The notes beneath the pieces are model-generated. The model was not told the origin of the DNA. It ran no database searches and was given only the letters and a program-made list of their open reading frames with translations. Shown one piece after another: positions 1-7,737 of a stretch of 11,748 nt of DNA. The position numbers were made by a program, and so were the translations under genes. Every line of letters begins with the position of its first letter. Within the stretch, counting starts at the first letter, position 1. Origin of the DNA: Candidatus Wukongarchaeum yapensis (GTDB lineage: Archaea; Asgardarchaeota; Wukongarchaeia; Wukongarchaeales; Wukongarchaeaceae); the NCBI GenBank assembly GCA_016840425.1, contig JAEOSI010000049.1:1-11748 (forward strand), read 5' to 3'.

Positions 1-928
1 AGTTGTTTATCATCGCATTAGCTTTTCTGCCTTTCACTTTCTTTCCACTGTTCTCTCTTATGCGTGTTACATCTCCTATGACGATTTCTGAAACTTCTTT
101 TTCCCAGCAGTTTTTGACAAACCTCGCTATTATCGTGTTTATCGATTGTGTGAACCTTTTCTGCCTCTTCCTAAACAATCTTCTTAGTCGTCTTGATGTT
201 TTCCTTTTCCCGTTTTTCTCCATGCTGCTTTGGTGTTCTCCTATTTTTCCGTTCCAGTACCACCAATCGCTTAACAAGCTTCTCCCAGAATATATCCATG
301 GCCTTTTTTCTCCTTCTATCCAACTGGTTATGATGTTTATGATCCCCAAGTCGACGTATGCCTTTTTATCTCCTGTTGGTTGATGTAGAGGTTTTTCTAC
401 CTCTACTGGCATATAAGCATACCATCTCCTTGAGAGGTCATCATAACTTATCTCTAACCTTCCCTGCTTTTTTCCTTCCCACCTGTTCTTTCCTTTCCAC
501 CTAACTTTTAGCCTGAAGGGGAGTTTTAGATAGTTCTCGGAAAGCTTATAACAGTTACACCTTATGAGAATGGTTAAAGCTCTCCTCCCTGTTTTCCTGT
601 CTTTCCAGTAGCTTGGAGGAGAAACTTTCCTTATCTGCCTTGGGAGTTTTCCCTCCTTTTTCAACCTTAACAAAGCGAAGAAAGACTTCCAAGCCTCGTT
701 GTTCTTCCTTGTTACTTGTTGGGCTGTAGCAGAACCTATAACCTTCTTGTATTTGTGATAGAAAAAGTCGGTGTTCCAGTCGAAGTTTCGCGAGAAAAAA
801 GACTGTCTTCTCTTATAGTTTATCTCGTTAAACATCCTTGCGCAGTTATCGGCTAACTCGAACAACCTTTGCTCTTGCACCTTATTCGGGCTTAGTCTGA
901 ACGTGTTGGTTCTTCTTCTTCTTCTCAC
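1..928 (-). CDS. tnpB: RNA-guided endonuclease TnpB (3'-truncated by window edge; 309 codons visible)
   Basis: Manual translation from GTG at 928 is open to position 2: MRRRRRTNTFRLSPNKVQEQRLFELADNCARMFNEINYKRRQSFF...IGSATAQQ...WKSFFALL...PPSYWK...AYVDLGIINI (RuvC-I Asp, codon 352-350)...EIVIGDVTRIRE...NAMINN. AGAGG lies 7 nt upstream of the GTG. Not in the ORF track, probably because it has no stop inside the window. Confidence 0.93.
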   Translation of the reverse strand, partial: MRRRRRTNTFRLSPNKVQEQRLFELADNCARMFNEINYKRRQSFFSRNFDWNTDFFYHKYKKVIGSATAQQVTRKNNEAWKSFFALLRLKKEGKLPRQIRKVSPPSYWKDRKTGRRALTILIRCNCYKLSENYLKLPFRLKVRWKGKNRWEGKKQGRLEISYDDLSRRWYAYMPVEVEKPLHQPTGDKKAYVDLGIINIITSWIEGEKRPWIYSGRSLLSDWWYWNGKIGEHQSSMEKNGKRKTSRRLRRLFRKRQKRFTQSINTIIARFVKNCWEKEVSEIVIGDVTRIRENSGKKVKGRKANAMINN

Positions 929-1040
929 TTAACAGCCTCTTTATCACGTCAGAATACGTGTCTCCTACCTTCATCATCGACTTTAGCTTGTTCGCAACTT
1001 CTCTGTCGATGGAAATCTTAACCTTATCCTTTTTATCCAT
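882..1040 (-). CDS. 52-aa ribbon-helix-helix-like DNA-binding protein (CopG/VapB-antitoxin-like pattern), overlapping tnpB start by 47 nt
   Basis: MDKKDKVKISIDREVANKLKSMMKVGDTYSDVIKRLLSEKKKKNQHVQTKPE*. It has an alternating beta-strand (VKISID), helix, G-D-T turn and YSDVIKRLL helix. ATG at 1040, TAA at 884-882, TATA box about 30 nt upstream. Confidence 0.8.
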   Translation of the reverse strand: MDKKDKVKISIDREVANKLKSMMKVGDTYSDVIKRLLSEKKKKNQHVQTKPE

Positions 1041-1070
1041 TTTACCCCAAACACCAAAAAGGATAAAAAA

Positions 1071-1078
1071 TATATAAA
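1071..1078 (-). promoter_or_regulatory. Archaeal TATA box (TTTATATA) driving the RHH-tnpB unit
   Basis: Matches the TTTAWA consensus, lies between the left-end hairpin and the RHH ATG, 30 nt upstream of the ATG. Confidence 0.6.
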
Positions 1079-1084
1079 CCTATC

Positions 1085-1132
1085 GCAATCCATCCCCGCC
1101 CTAAAGGGCTGGGGCCTTCTTGCTCACCTTCA
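1085..1132 (-). repeat. IS200/IS605 left-end imperfect palindrome
   Basis: Minus strand: TTAC|TGAAGGTGA-GCAA-GAAG-G-CCCC(A)GCCC-TTTA-GGGC-GGGG-ATGGA-TTGC. This is a GC hairpin with a one-base bulge, a GAAG foot and an outer GCAA/TTGC stem. Confidence 0.85.
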
Positions 1133-1187
1133 GTAATCTTTTTCTTTTAAACCGTCTAATAATTTTTTCGTTATTGTTTTTTTAGTG

Positions 1188-1481
1188 CTATTTACTGTAA
1201 AGGCGAGGATGGGAAGTTCTGGTTCGTTTAAGGTCGATACACTCTTTTTCTATTTGTTTAATTTCGTGGACAGGGTTTGCGTTTTGTATTGAAGATAGAA
1301 AGCCAGCAAGCAAGGCAGGAATCGCAGGGCGTGGATGAGGGAAAGCTAGAATTTTTTCCCATTTTCTATCATAAGTTAAACGGGTTAACTCTCTTAATTT
1401 TGATCTTGTTTCTGGTTCTCTGATAAAGAGGCTTTCTATAATTGTTTCAATGTTTTCCAGTAGTTTTTTCGTATTGAACAT
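1188..1481 (-). CDS. Hypothetical protein, 97 aa
   Basis: Open ATG-started frame co-directional with and 53 nt downstream of DP1, filling the gap before the IS. No recognisable motif or clear RBS. Confidence 0.5.
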   Translation of the reverse strand: MFNTKKLLENIETIIESLFIREPETRSKLRELTRLTYDRKWEKILAFPHPRPAIPALLAGFLSSIQNANPVHEIKQIEKECIDLKRTRTSHPRLYSK

Positions 1482-1534
1482 GAAAAAAAGCTCTGGAGAA
1501 CCACGGCTTATTTGGAGGTGTTTTAGTAAGTTGG

Positions 1535-3070
1535 CTAAAATTCGATCAAAGTTATTTTGAAGGTTTTTAAATTTATTATGGATACTTTTCCAGGCGTTGG
1601 ATTTATTCCTTGACTTTTTTGATAATCTGTTTGTTTTTGAAATGTTCCCGTGTTTATTAGGAAGACGCCGCGGTGTTTTGAGAAGTCGTTAACGTGAGCA
1701 TGGCCTGTTAAAAAGATGTCAGGCACGCTTTGTATTACTAACATGTCTTCCTCTCCAGCTGCTGTAGGGGTGTTCCCGCCAAAATAAGGGGCAAGATGTC
1801 TGCATTTCAAAAGTTCTTTCATGGTCTCTGCAGGCTTATCTATGCTTAAGCCAGGTATGAAGCCAATTATATCGTCCAAAATGCTGCGGCCGTGGTACAT
1901 AAGTACGTTTACTCCGTGAATTTTTAACTGTAGAGGGTTCCCGTATAGATGGACGTTGGGTAGTTCGTAGAGGGATTTTGCGAATTTTTTATTTATTGGA
2001 GGTTGGGGTTCTGCTTGGCGTGTAGCATCGTGGTTTCCAGGAATGATGATTGTTTGGATATGATCCGGTATTTCTGATAATAGGCGGGCTATTCCATCGT
2101 ATTGTTCATATATGTCGGGTATTTTGAGGTCTTTTTCTTGTCCTGGATAGATTCCCACCCCATCTACTACGTCTCCCACAACTAACAGGTATTTTATGCG
2201 TTCTGCTAATTTTTCTGCTCCATTTTTTCCTTGTAGGAAGTGGATAAAATTTTTAAAGGCCTCTTCATCAAATTTTTTGCTTCCGTAGTGGATGTCGGAT
2301 ATAAAAGCTGCGCATACCTCTTCTTTTGCACGATTTTTTTGATTTTTAAAAGGTAGATCAGGCCATGTTATGTTTGCGACTAGAAACCTGTTATTCATCC
2401 ATCGTCCGGTGGTGCATACAACTTGATCGGGTACTAATCTTTCAGCCTTTTTTTTAGATTCTGGTATTTTATCTGTTGTAAAGGCTTGGATATTTTCTTC
2501 TAGATCTTCTAATTCAAATCTTATATTTCCCGTTTTTGTGCTCCTTTTTTCTTTGACCATTCCGATAATCTTTATTTCATCTTTTGTATTAAGGTTTTTT
2601 ACCGCTTTTATTGGAATATATCCTTCAACGTCTCTTCTCATTTTTAAAAGGCTTGAAAGTTTTTCAAATCTATCTCGGAAATAGTGTAAAAAATCGTCTA
2701 TATCCTTTCCTCCCATAGTTTTTCCGCTAGGATCTGATATTATTTCAATATCAGACACTATTTCTCTTGCATTAAGATGGCTGGAAGTGTCGGTTGGAGA
2801 GATCTGCTCTTGTGTTTCTTTCTCGTAAACTTTTAAAAGTAGATTATTACTATTTTCTCCCTTTATTTCCTCAAGTTTGATAAAATCTTTAACAGTATCT
2901 TCTGAAATGATGAAAATTTCTGGCTTTAATTCTTTAACAATCTTTCCTAGTTTTTCCAGGTCTTCGTTATTTATACCTACTTTTACGATGTAATCTAAAG
3001 CTTTAGAAGTGAGACATAAACCATAATTCATTAATTCAACAATAATTTGTTCTTTTTTTAACAAGCTCAT
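1535..3070 (-). CDS. polD1: DNA polymerase D small (proofreading exonuclease) subunit DP1
   Basis: OB-fold (IKIIGMVKEKRSTKTGNIRFELED) followed by intact calcineurin-like phosphoesterase motifs SDIHYGS, VGDVVDG, PGNHD, MYHG, TGHAH, plus the INTGTFQ...PTPG tail. Confidence 0.96.
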   Translation of the reverse strand: MSLLKKEQIIVELMNYGLCLTSKALDYIVKVGINNEDLEKLGKIVKELKPEIFIISEDTVKDFIKLEEIKGENSNNLLLKVYEKETQEQISPTDTSSHLNAREIVSDIEIISDPSGKTMGGKDIDDFLHYFRDRFEKLSSLLKMRRDVEGYIPIKAVKNLNTKDEIKIIGMVKEKRSTKTGNIRFELEDLEENIQAFTTDKIPESKKKAERLVPDQVVCTTGRWMNNRFLVANITWPDLPFKNQKNRAKEEVCAAFISDIHYGSKKFDEEAFKNFIHFLQGKNGAEKLAERIKYLLVVGDVVDGVGIYPGQEKDLKIPDIYEQYDGIARLLSEIPDHIQTIIIPGNHDATRQAEPQPPINKKFAKSLYELPNVHLYGNPLQLKIHGVNVLMYHGRSILDDIIGFIPGLSIDKPAETMKELLKCRHLAPYFGGNTPTAAGEEDMLVIQSVPDIFLTGHAHVNDFSKHRGVFLINTGTFQKQTDYQKSQGINPTPGKVSIINLKTFKITLIEF

Positions 3071-3115
3071 CGTCCTTATTTTCAGCTTTGTTTTAATATT
3101 ATTTTAATTTAGTTT

Positions 3116-3592
3116 TTAGTCTATTTTTATTTTCGTTTTTTCTTCTTTTGGAATTTTTATTTGAAGTATGCCACCTTTAAAAGATGCTTTAGCTCTTTTT
3201 TCATCCAAGTAAAGAGGAAGATGTACCCTCGATCGAAAAGAGTGGAAATCAGTCTTTCGTTGGATGGTGCCCCACTTTTCAAACTTTATAACATGAGCAC
3301 ATTTTGCCGATATTTCAAGGTCTTTATTTTCTATGTGGACTTCTATGTCCTCTTTTTTTACGCAAGGTAAATCAACGTTTATTATGAATTCTTTATCTGA
3401 CTCATAAGTTTCAATCAGGGGTTCAAGACAACAGGTTTCGGGATTCCAGCTGGGCTTCATTACGTGCTCAAAACGAGCTCTAAGCCTTTCTCTGGTACTT
3501 CTCATTCTTTCTTCAACTTCTCCTAGTAGATATTTTGCCCATTTAAAAGACCACAAGTCTTTTTCTTTTTTCTTTTTTCGTTCCATACCCAT
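3116..3592 (-). CDS. hsp20: Small heat-shock protein (Hsp20/alpha-crystallin domain)
   Basis: EPLIETYESDKEFIINVDLPCVKKEDIEV...ASFKGGILQIKIPK...KIKID (ACD with C-terminal IxI motif). Confidence 0.93.
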   Translation of the reverse strand: MGMERKKKKEKDLWSFKWAKYLLGEVEERMRSTRERLRARFEHVMKPSWNPETCCLEPLIETYESDKEFIINVDLPCVKKEDIEVHIENKDLEISAKCAHVIKFEKWGTIQRKTDFHSFRSRVHLPLYLDEKRAKASFKGGILQIKIPKEEKTKIKID

Positions 3593-3608
3593 TATTAAAA
3601 TCCCCCGA

Positions 3609-4376
3609 TTATGCGTAGAAAGCAGGTAAATCTTGCTCCACAGGTTTTCCTTGTTGTACTAACCTATCCGTAGCTTGCGCCATAAGCATTTGACTCTGTT
3701 TCTCAATTTCTTCTGCATTTTCTATAAGTTTGGATACATCAAATTCCATATCCAAGATCTTGCCAATAATTTTTAAGTTTTCACTGGCGGCCAAAGGATC
3801 TGGAAATTGGTATGAAGCTTGGGTTAAAAGTGCGCAGACAGACACATTTCTCAGCCGGCCTTCAAGCAATATGGAGGCATAAGGTCCCGTAAGAAAGCCT
3901 TCTTCCAATAGAGGAACTTCTACTTTTTCTACCAACTTCAAACTTTTTTCATCTGTAACAACTGCAAATGTTTGAACTTCTTCTAAGGAAAACTTAGTCG
4001 GAATACCTCCTGGAAGAATGATCATCACATCATCGCCGTTAACTTTCTTAGCCCAATCTATCAAAGAATAGGCGTATGGATTCACTAAATTTAGAGGAAA
4101 AACGCCTTCTGAAAAAACTAGGTGAAATTTATCGTTAGTGTAAACTCTAAAAGGTGAAAAAACTTGAGAGTGATGAATAACTGCAAAGGGCGGTATCTGA
4201 GGATTAGAAATAGTGTATGTAGGCTTTAATTTCATCTCTTCTATCATATGTCCTCCTACAATTATCGGAACTAGGCCAACTTCAGGTACTGCAACTATGA
4301 CAAAATCCCTGTTTAACTTTTCCTCCCCAAAAGGAATGAAATCAAATTTTAATAGATTATTTGGCAAATATTTCAC
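3609..4376 (-). CDS. PAC2-family proteasome assembly chaperone/activator (PbaA/PbaB-like) with C-terminal HbYX
   Basis: N-terminal VAVPEVGLVPIIVGGHMIEEM, GFLTGPYASIL, FPDPLAA, FDVSKLIENAEEIE; ends ...PAFYA. GTG start. Confidence 0.88.
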   Translation of the reverse strand: MKYLPNNLLKFDFIPFGEEKLNRDFVIVAVPEVGLVPIIVGGHMIEEMKLKPTYTISNPQIPPFAVIHHSQVFSPFRVYTNDKFHLVFSEGVFPLNLVNPYAYSLIDWAKKVNGDDVMIILPGGIPTKFSLEEVQTFAVVTDEKSLKLVEKVEVPLLEEGFLTGPYASILLEGRLRNVSVCALLTQASYQFPDPLAASENLKIIGKILDMEFDVSKLIENAEEIEKQSQMLMAQATDRLVQQGKPVEQDLPAFYA

Positions 4377-4478
4377 CCTAAAAAAAGATTAATAGAAGGA
4401 TAAAATAATTTTTAGTTGGGATAAGCATTCTTTCAAAAAATTTTAAACTTTCCATTTAGTAAGCTTTTAATCACCTTG

Positions 4479-4880
4479 CTATTTTACACGCATTATTGTA
4501 TTTCTCTCCAATACCCGCCACACTTCGACGTTAACGCCTTCAACGATCTTATCTACAAGCTCTGGATCTTTCGGCATCTCCACATCAAAGACAGCATAAT
4601 CGCCGCTTGCAAGGTCCATTAGTTGAACAGTATCTCCTAAAACCGATACTACTTGAGCTTCAAATTTTTCGATTATTGGTACTTCTACTCTAGTTGTAAC
4701 AGATCCTAAAAGTTGTCTCTTACTATTGTCAAAAAGTCCTAAAGCGCTGAGGCGCACCTTTGCAGCTCCGTGTTTCCCTGGCTTAGATTTATCAGTGCTT
4801 AAAACCTTACAAGGTTCACCATCAATCAGAACATAACTTCCAACTTTCAGTTTCCCTAACTCATCAACACGTACACCCAA
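4479..4880 (-). CDS. eif5a: Translation factor aIF5A/eIF5A
   Basis: LKVGSYVLIDGEPC...SKPGKHGAAK (hypusination Lys, codon 4775-4773); TTG start with GGAGG RBS. Confidence 0.97.
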   Translation of the reverse strand: MGVRVDELGKLKVGSYVLIDGEPCKVLSTDKSKPGKHGAAKVRLSALGLFDNSKRQLLGSVTTRVEVPIIEKFEAQVVSVLGDTVQLMDLASGDYAVFDVEMPKDPELVDKIVEGVNVEVWRVLERNTIMRVK

Positions 4881-5101
4881 AATTAAAACCTCCAGATTAA
4901 TTTTTTAATTCAATTATTATTTGTAAATTTTGTGTTATGTGTTTTTTGAGTTTGTTTTATTTCTTCTGTTATCTCTGTTAATTTTTTAATAAAAAAATGC
5001 TAATAGTTCCTGTTAGAGAGTTTCAAAAAGTTGAAAAAGGCTTAAAGTCAACTTTCTAAAATATTTTACAAAGGAAAAAGTAGTATGATCATGGGGTTTA
5101 G

Positions 5102-5956
5102 TTGATGTTACGTTTGGGGATTGTGGCCAAAGCTGGAATTGATGAAGTTCCAGGCATTATTGAGAGTATTTTGGAGTGTGTACGGGGTAAAAATGTGGAG
5201 ATTATTGCTTCAGAGGGAGTTCCAGAAAATCTTCCTGTGAACGAGTACGGTTCTAATATCTCGGAGCTGGATGTGGATTATCTTATTTGTCTTGGAGGGG
5301 ACGGTACTATTTTGCGTACAATAGAGCGTTTAAAAGATCCGAGTATCCCTATTTTGGGGGTTAATTTGGGGTTTATAGGTTTTCTGGCTGAAATAAATCC
5401 GGAGGAGGTTAAAGAGAAAATTCCTTTGCTTCTTGAAGGAAAATTTGAGGTGGAAGAATGCATCAGGGTAGCTTCTGAGGTTGATGGAAAAAGATTACCT
5501 GATGCTTTAAACGAAGTAGTAATTAAATCTGCTCAGCCAGCTAAAGTTGTTCATACGAAGGTTAAAATTGATAGGGAAACTGTTGGAAGTGCGATATCAG
5601 ACGGGTTAATTATAGCTACGCCTACCGGGTCAACGGCTTACGCTCTTTCAGCAGGTGGCCCAGTGATAGATCCTAGGTTAGAAGCGCTAGTTTTGGTTCT
5701 TATTTGTCCCCTAGGAACAGGGTTACGACCGTTGGTTGTTCCTACTAAAACCCTTGATGATTCAACCCCTGTGGAGATACATATAAGTGTTAGGAAAAGC
5801 AAAAATGTGGTTTTAGTTCTTGATGGGCAATGGTACGAGACTTTTGACGTGGAACCAACTACTTTATTTAAGTTTAGAGTTTCAGAAAACCCAGTCTACT
5901 TTGTTAGATTTAAACAAGATTATTATAAACGTGTAAAGCGTAGACTGAGCGTGTGA
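5102..5956 (+). CDS. nadK: NAD(+) kinase
   Basis: GGDGT motif, GVNLGFIGFL, LNEVV, DGLIIATPTGSTAYALSAGGP. Confidence 0.96.
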   Translation: MMLRLGIVAKAGIDEVPGIIESILECVRGKNVEIIASEGVPENLPVNEYGSNISELDVDYLICLGGDGTILRTIERLKDPSIPILGVNLGFIGFLAEINPEEVKEKIPLLLEGKFEVEECIRVASEVDGKRLPDALNEVVIKSAQPAKVVHTKVKIDRETVGSAISDGLIIATPTGSTAYALSAGGPVIDPRLEALVLVLICPLGTGLRPLVVPTKTLDDSTPVEIHISVRKSKNVVLVLDGQWYETFDVEPTTLFKFRVSENPVYFVRFKQDYYKRVKRRLSV

Positions 5957-5962
5957 ACTACT

Positions 5963-6508
5963 TTGACTTTAAAAAAACTGAATAAAAAAAAACCTATTTT
6001 TAGAAAAATTGCGGTTCTTGATGCTGCAGCTTTTATCCATCGCGCCGATCTTTCAGAGTTTGAGAAAGCATATACTACATTTGATGTTATAGGAGAGCTT
6101 CAAGATGATGTAAGTGTGTGGATTTTTGAAGCTATGAAGAGTTCTAAGAAATTGGGAGTTATATCGCCTACGGAGGATTCTATAAAGAAGGTGGGAGGTG
6201 TGGCGAAAAAGTTGGGTGAAAACTTAAACCTTTCGAAGACGGATATAAGCGTTTTAGCTCTTTCCTTTGATCTTATGGCAAAAAATGAAGATGTAGTGCT
6301 TTTTGTAGACGATTATTCGGTTCAGAATGTTGCGAGTTTTATGGGTATTGCTTTTCAACCAATTCGGTTTCCGGGGATCCGGGAACGTTTTGAGTGGGGA
6401 TTGAGGTGTGAGTCTTGTGGAAAAACTTACAACGTTAAAGAGGAGGAAACTTGCCCAGAGTGTGGAGGAACGTTGAAGCGATATGTTAAAAAACGCACGA
6501 ATACTTAA
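5963..6508 (+). CDS. nob1: Nob1-type PIN endonuclease with C-terminal Zn ribbon (rRNA maturation)
   Basis: VLDAAAF, IGEL, LSKTDISVLAL, DDYSVQNVA acidic PIN residues; CESC...CPECGG ribbon. TTG start 6 nt after nadK. Confidence 0.9.
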   Translation: MTLKKLNKKKPIFRKIAVLDAAAFIHRADLSEFEKAYTTFDVIGELQDDVSVWIFEAMKSSKKLGVISPTEDSIKKVGGVAKKLGENLNLSKTDISVLALSFDLMAKNEDVVLFVDDYSVQNVASFMGIAFQPIRFPGIRERFEWGLRCESCGKTYNVKEEETCPECGGTLKRYVKKRTNT

Positions 6509-7737
6509 TGCTTAAAAACTGCGATGAAAAAACCAGGGTAGGGGTGAATATCCGGGTAAAATCGTTGAACTAGAGAAGGATTAAAATCGATGTTTTCTAA
6601 ACTTTCTCCTTCAACACCGAAAAAAAAGGATTGTTCTTCAAGCTTAAGTCCTAAATTTTTAACAGCATAATCTACAACAAGTTCATTTTCTTCAGGCTCT
6701 AACGTGCATGTAGAGTAAAGCAATCGACCTCCTTTTTTCAGCAATTTGCTTCCAGCTCTAATCAGTTGGCAAGAGTATTTCGAGATGCCTTCAACGTCCC
6801 GTAAAGTTGTCTCTTTATAGAGAGATGGGCGTATTCCAAATCCTGTACAACTTGGGTCTACGATAACTTTGTCTGCTTTGACATTAAATTTTTGGGTAAA
6901 ATATCTTGCATCTTCGAGGTAAGTAGTTACAAGGTTGTGTACTCCCATCCGTTCGAGGTTTTCTTTTAACTTTTTCATTCTGCGTGGCTTCTTTTCAACA
7001 GCGATGACCCTACACTTTCCCTCTGTTAATTCAGCTACTTGGGTGGTTTTACCGCCAGGTGCTGCACAAAGATCAACAATAATATCCCCTTTTTCGGGAG
7101 CAAGGTTGTAGACCGCTAAAGCTGCTGGTAAAGATTGAGCATAAACAATCCCTTCCTTGTAAAGGGGGGTGTTACGAATGGAGGGGGATTTATAGACAGA
7201 AGACATAGTTCTAACGGCGACGCCTTTTCTTTCCATGGCAGGTTTAATGATCATCTCTTTTCCATCCATCTCAGCCATCCCTTTTGCCACGAGAAAACAA
7301 CGTTTATTCATCACGATAACTTCATCGTTTTTGCGAACTTTATCTGCTTTTAAGACGCCAGGGGCGAAAAGATCGGCGCCAACAAAAACAGATTCTGCGG
7401 CAAATTTATCAGCAAAAACAGCCTTACATCGCTCTTCTTTTTCTATTTTAAAGGGACCTTTTACTGTCACGAAAACAAGGTCTTTTAAAATAGAGTGAAC
7501 TTCTGCCTCCCAATTTTCGCTTGTAAAAAACTCTTTAACCTTCCAAGAGTCATCTTTTAGTCGGTTAACACGGTAATTCTTCCACTTGGTTGGGGTTTTT
7601 AAACTTTTAAGAATTGCCTCTACACGCTTAAAACCGTAACGATTAATCCATCGAGTCACTATTTCTTTTTTATAATGGTGCGTTTTACTTAACTCATCGG
7701 CAATTTCTTCCAAATATTTAGATTCATCATAACTCAA
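6505..7737 (-). CDS. RsmB/NOP2/Sun-family RNA m5C methyltransferase with PUA domain (archaeal NSUN6-like, likely tRNA m5C72)
   Basis: PUA (AAESVFVGADLFAPGV), DLCAAPGGKT, VDPSCTG (motif IV Cys), YSTCTL (motif VI Cys). Stop overlaps the nob1 stop convergently (TTAA, 6505-6508). The substrate is inferred from the domain layout. Confidence 0.9.
   Translation of the reverse strand: MSYDESKYLEEIADELSKTHHYKKEIVTRWINRYGFKRVEAILKSLKTPTKWKNYRVNRLKDDSWKVKEFFTSENWEAEVHSILKDLVFVTVKGPFKIEKEERCKAVFADKFAAESVFVGADLFAPGVLKADKVRKNDEVIVMNKRCFLVAKGMAEMDGKEMIIKPAMERKGVAVRTMSSVYKSPSIRNTPLYKEGIVYAQSLPAALAVYNLAPEKGDIIVDLCAAPGGKTTQVAELTEGKCRVIAVEKKPRRMKKLKENLERMGVHNLVTTYLEDARYFTQKFNVKADKVIVDPSCTGFGIRPSLYKETTLRDVEGISKYSCQLIRAGSKLLKKGGRLLYSTCTLEPEENELVVDYAVKNLGLKLEEQSFFFGVEGESLENIDFNPSLVQRFYPDIHPYPGFFIAVFKH

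Larger units (their letters stand above)
1..1132 (-). mobile_element. IS200/IS605-family element, IS1341-like (no tnpA between left end and tnpB), carrying a small RHH-like gene plus tnpB; right end lies outside the window
   Basis: Subterminal hairpin at 1094-1114 preceded on the minus strand by TTAC (1136-1133), then TATA, RHH ORF and tnpB in one direction. The boundary at 1132 is inferred from the TTAC. Confidence 0.85.

Noticed and set aside
3-383. 126-aa plus-strand ORF
   Set aside because: Antisense shadow of tnpB; Phe/Leu/Ser-rich with no motif.
1094-1127. Reading the hairpin on the plus strand as a right end finishing in TCAC (1124-1127)
   Set aside because: No GAAG-type foot on that strand and the spacing differs from the right end at 9052-9083. 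The minus-strand left-end reading fits tnpB orientation.
5027-5055. 8-bp inverted repeat AAAGTTGA-N13-TCAACTTT in the eif5a/nadK divergent region
   Set aside because: Single occurrence in AT-rich DNA with no regulator to tie it to; could be chance.
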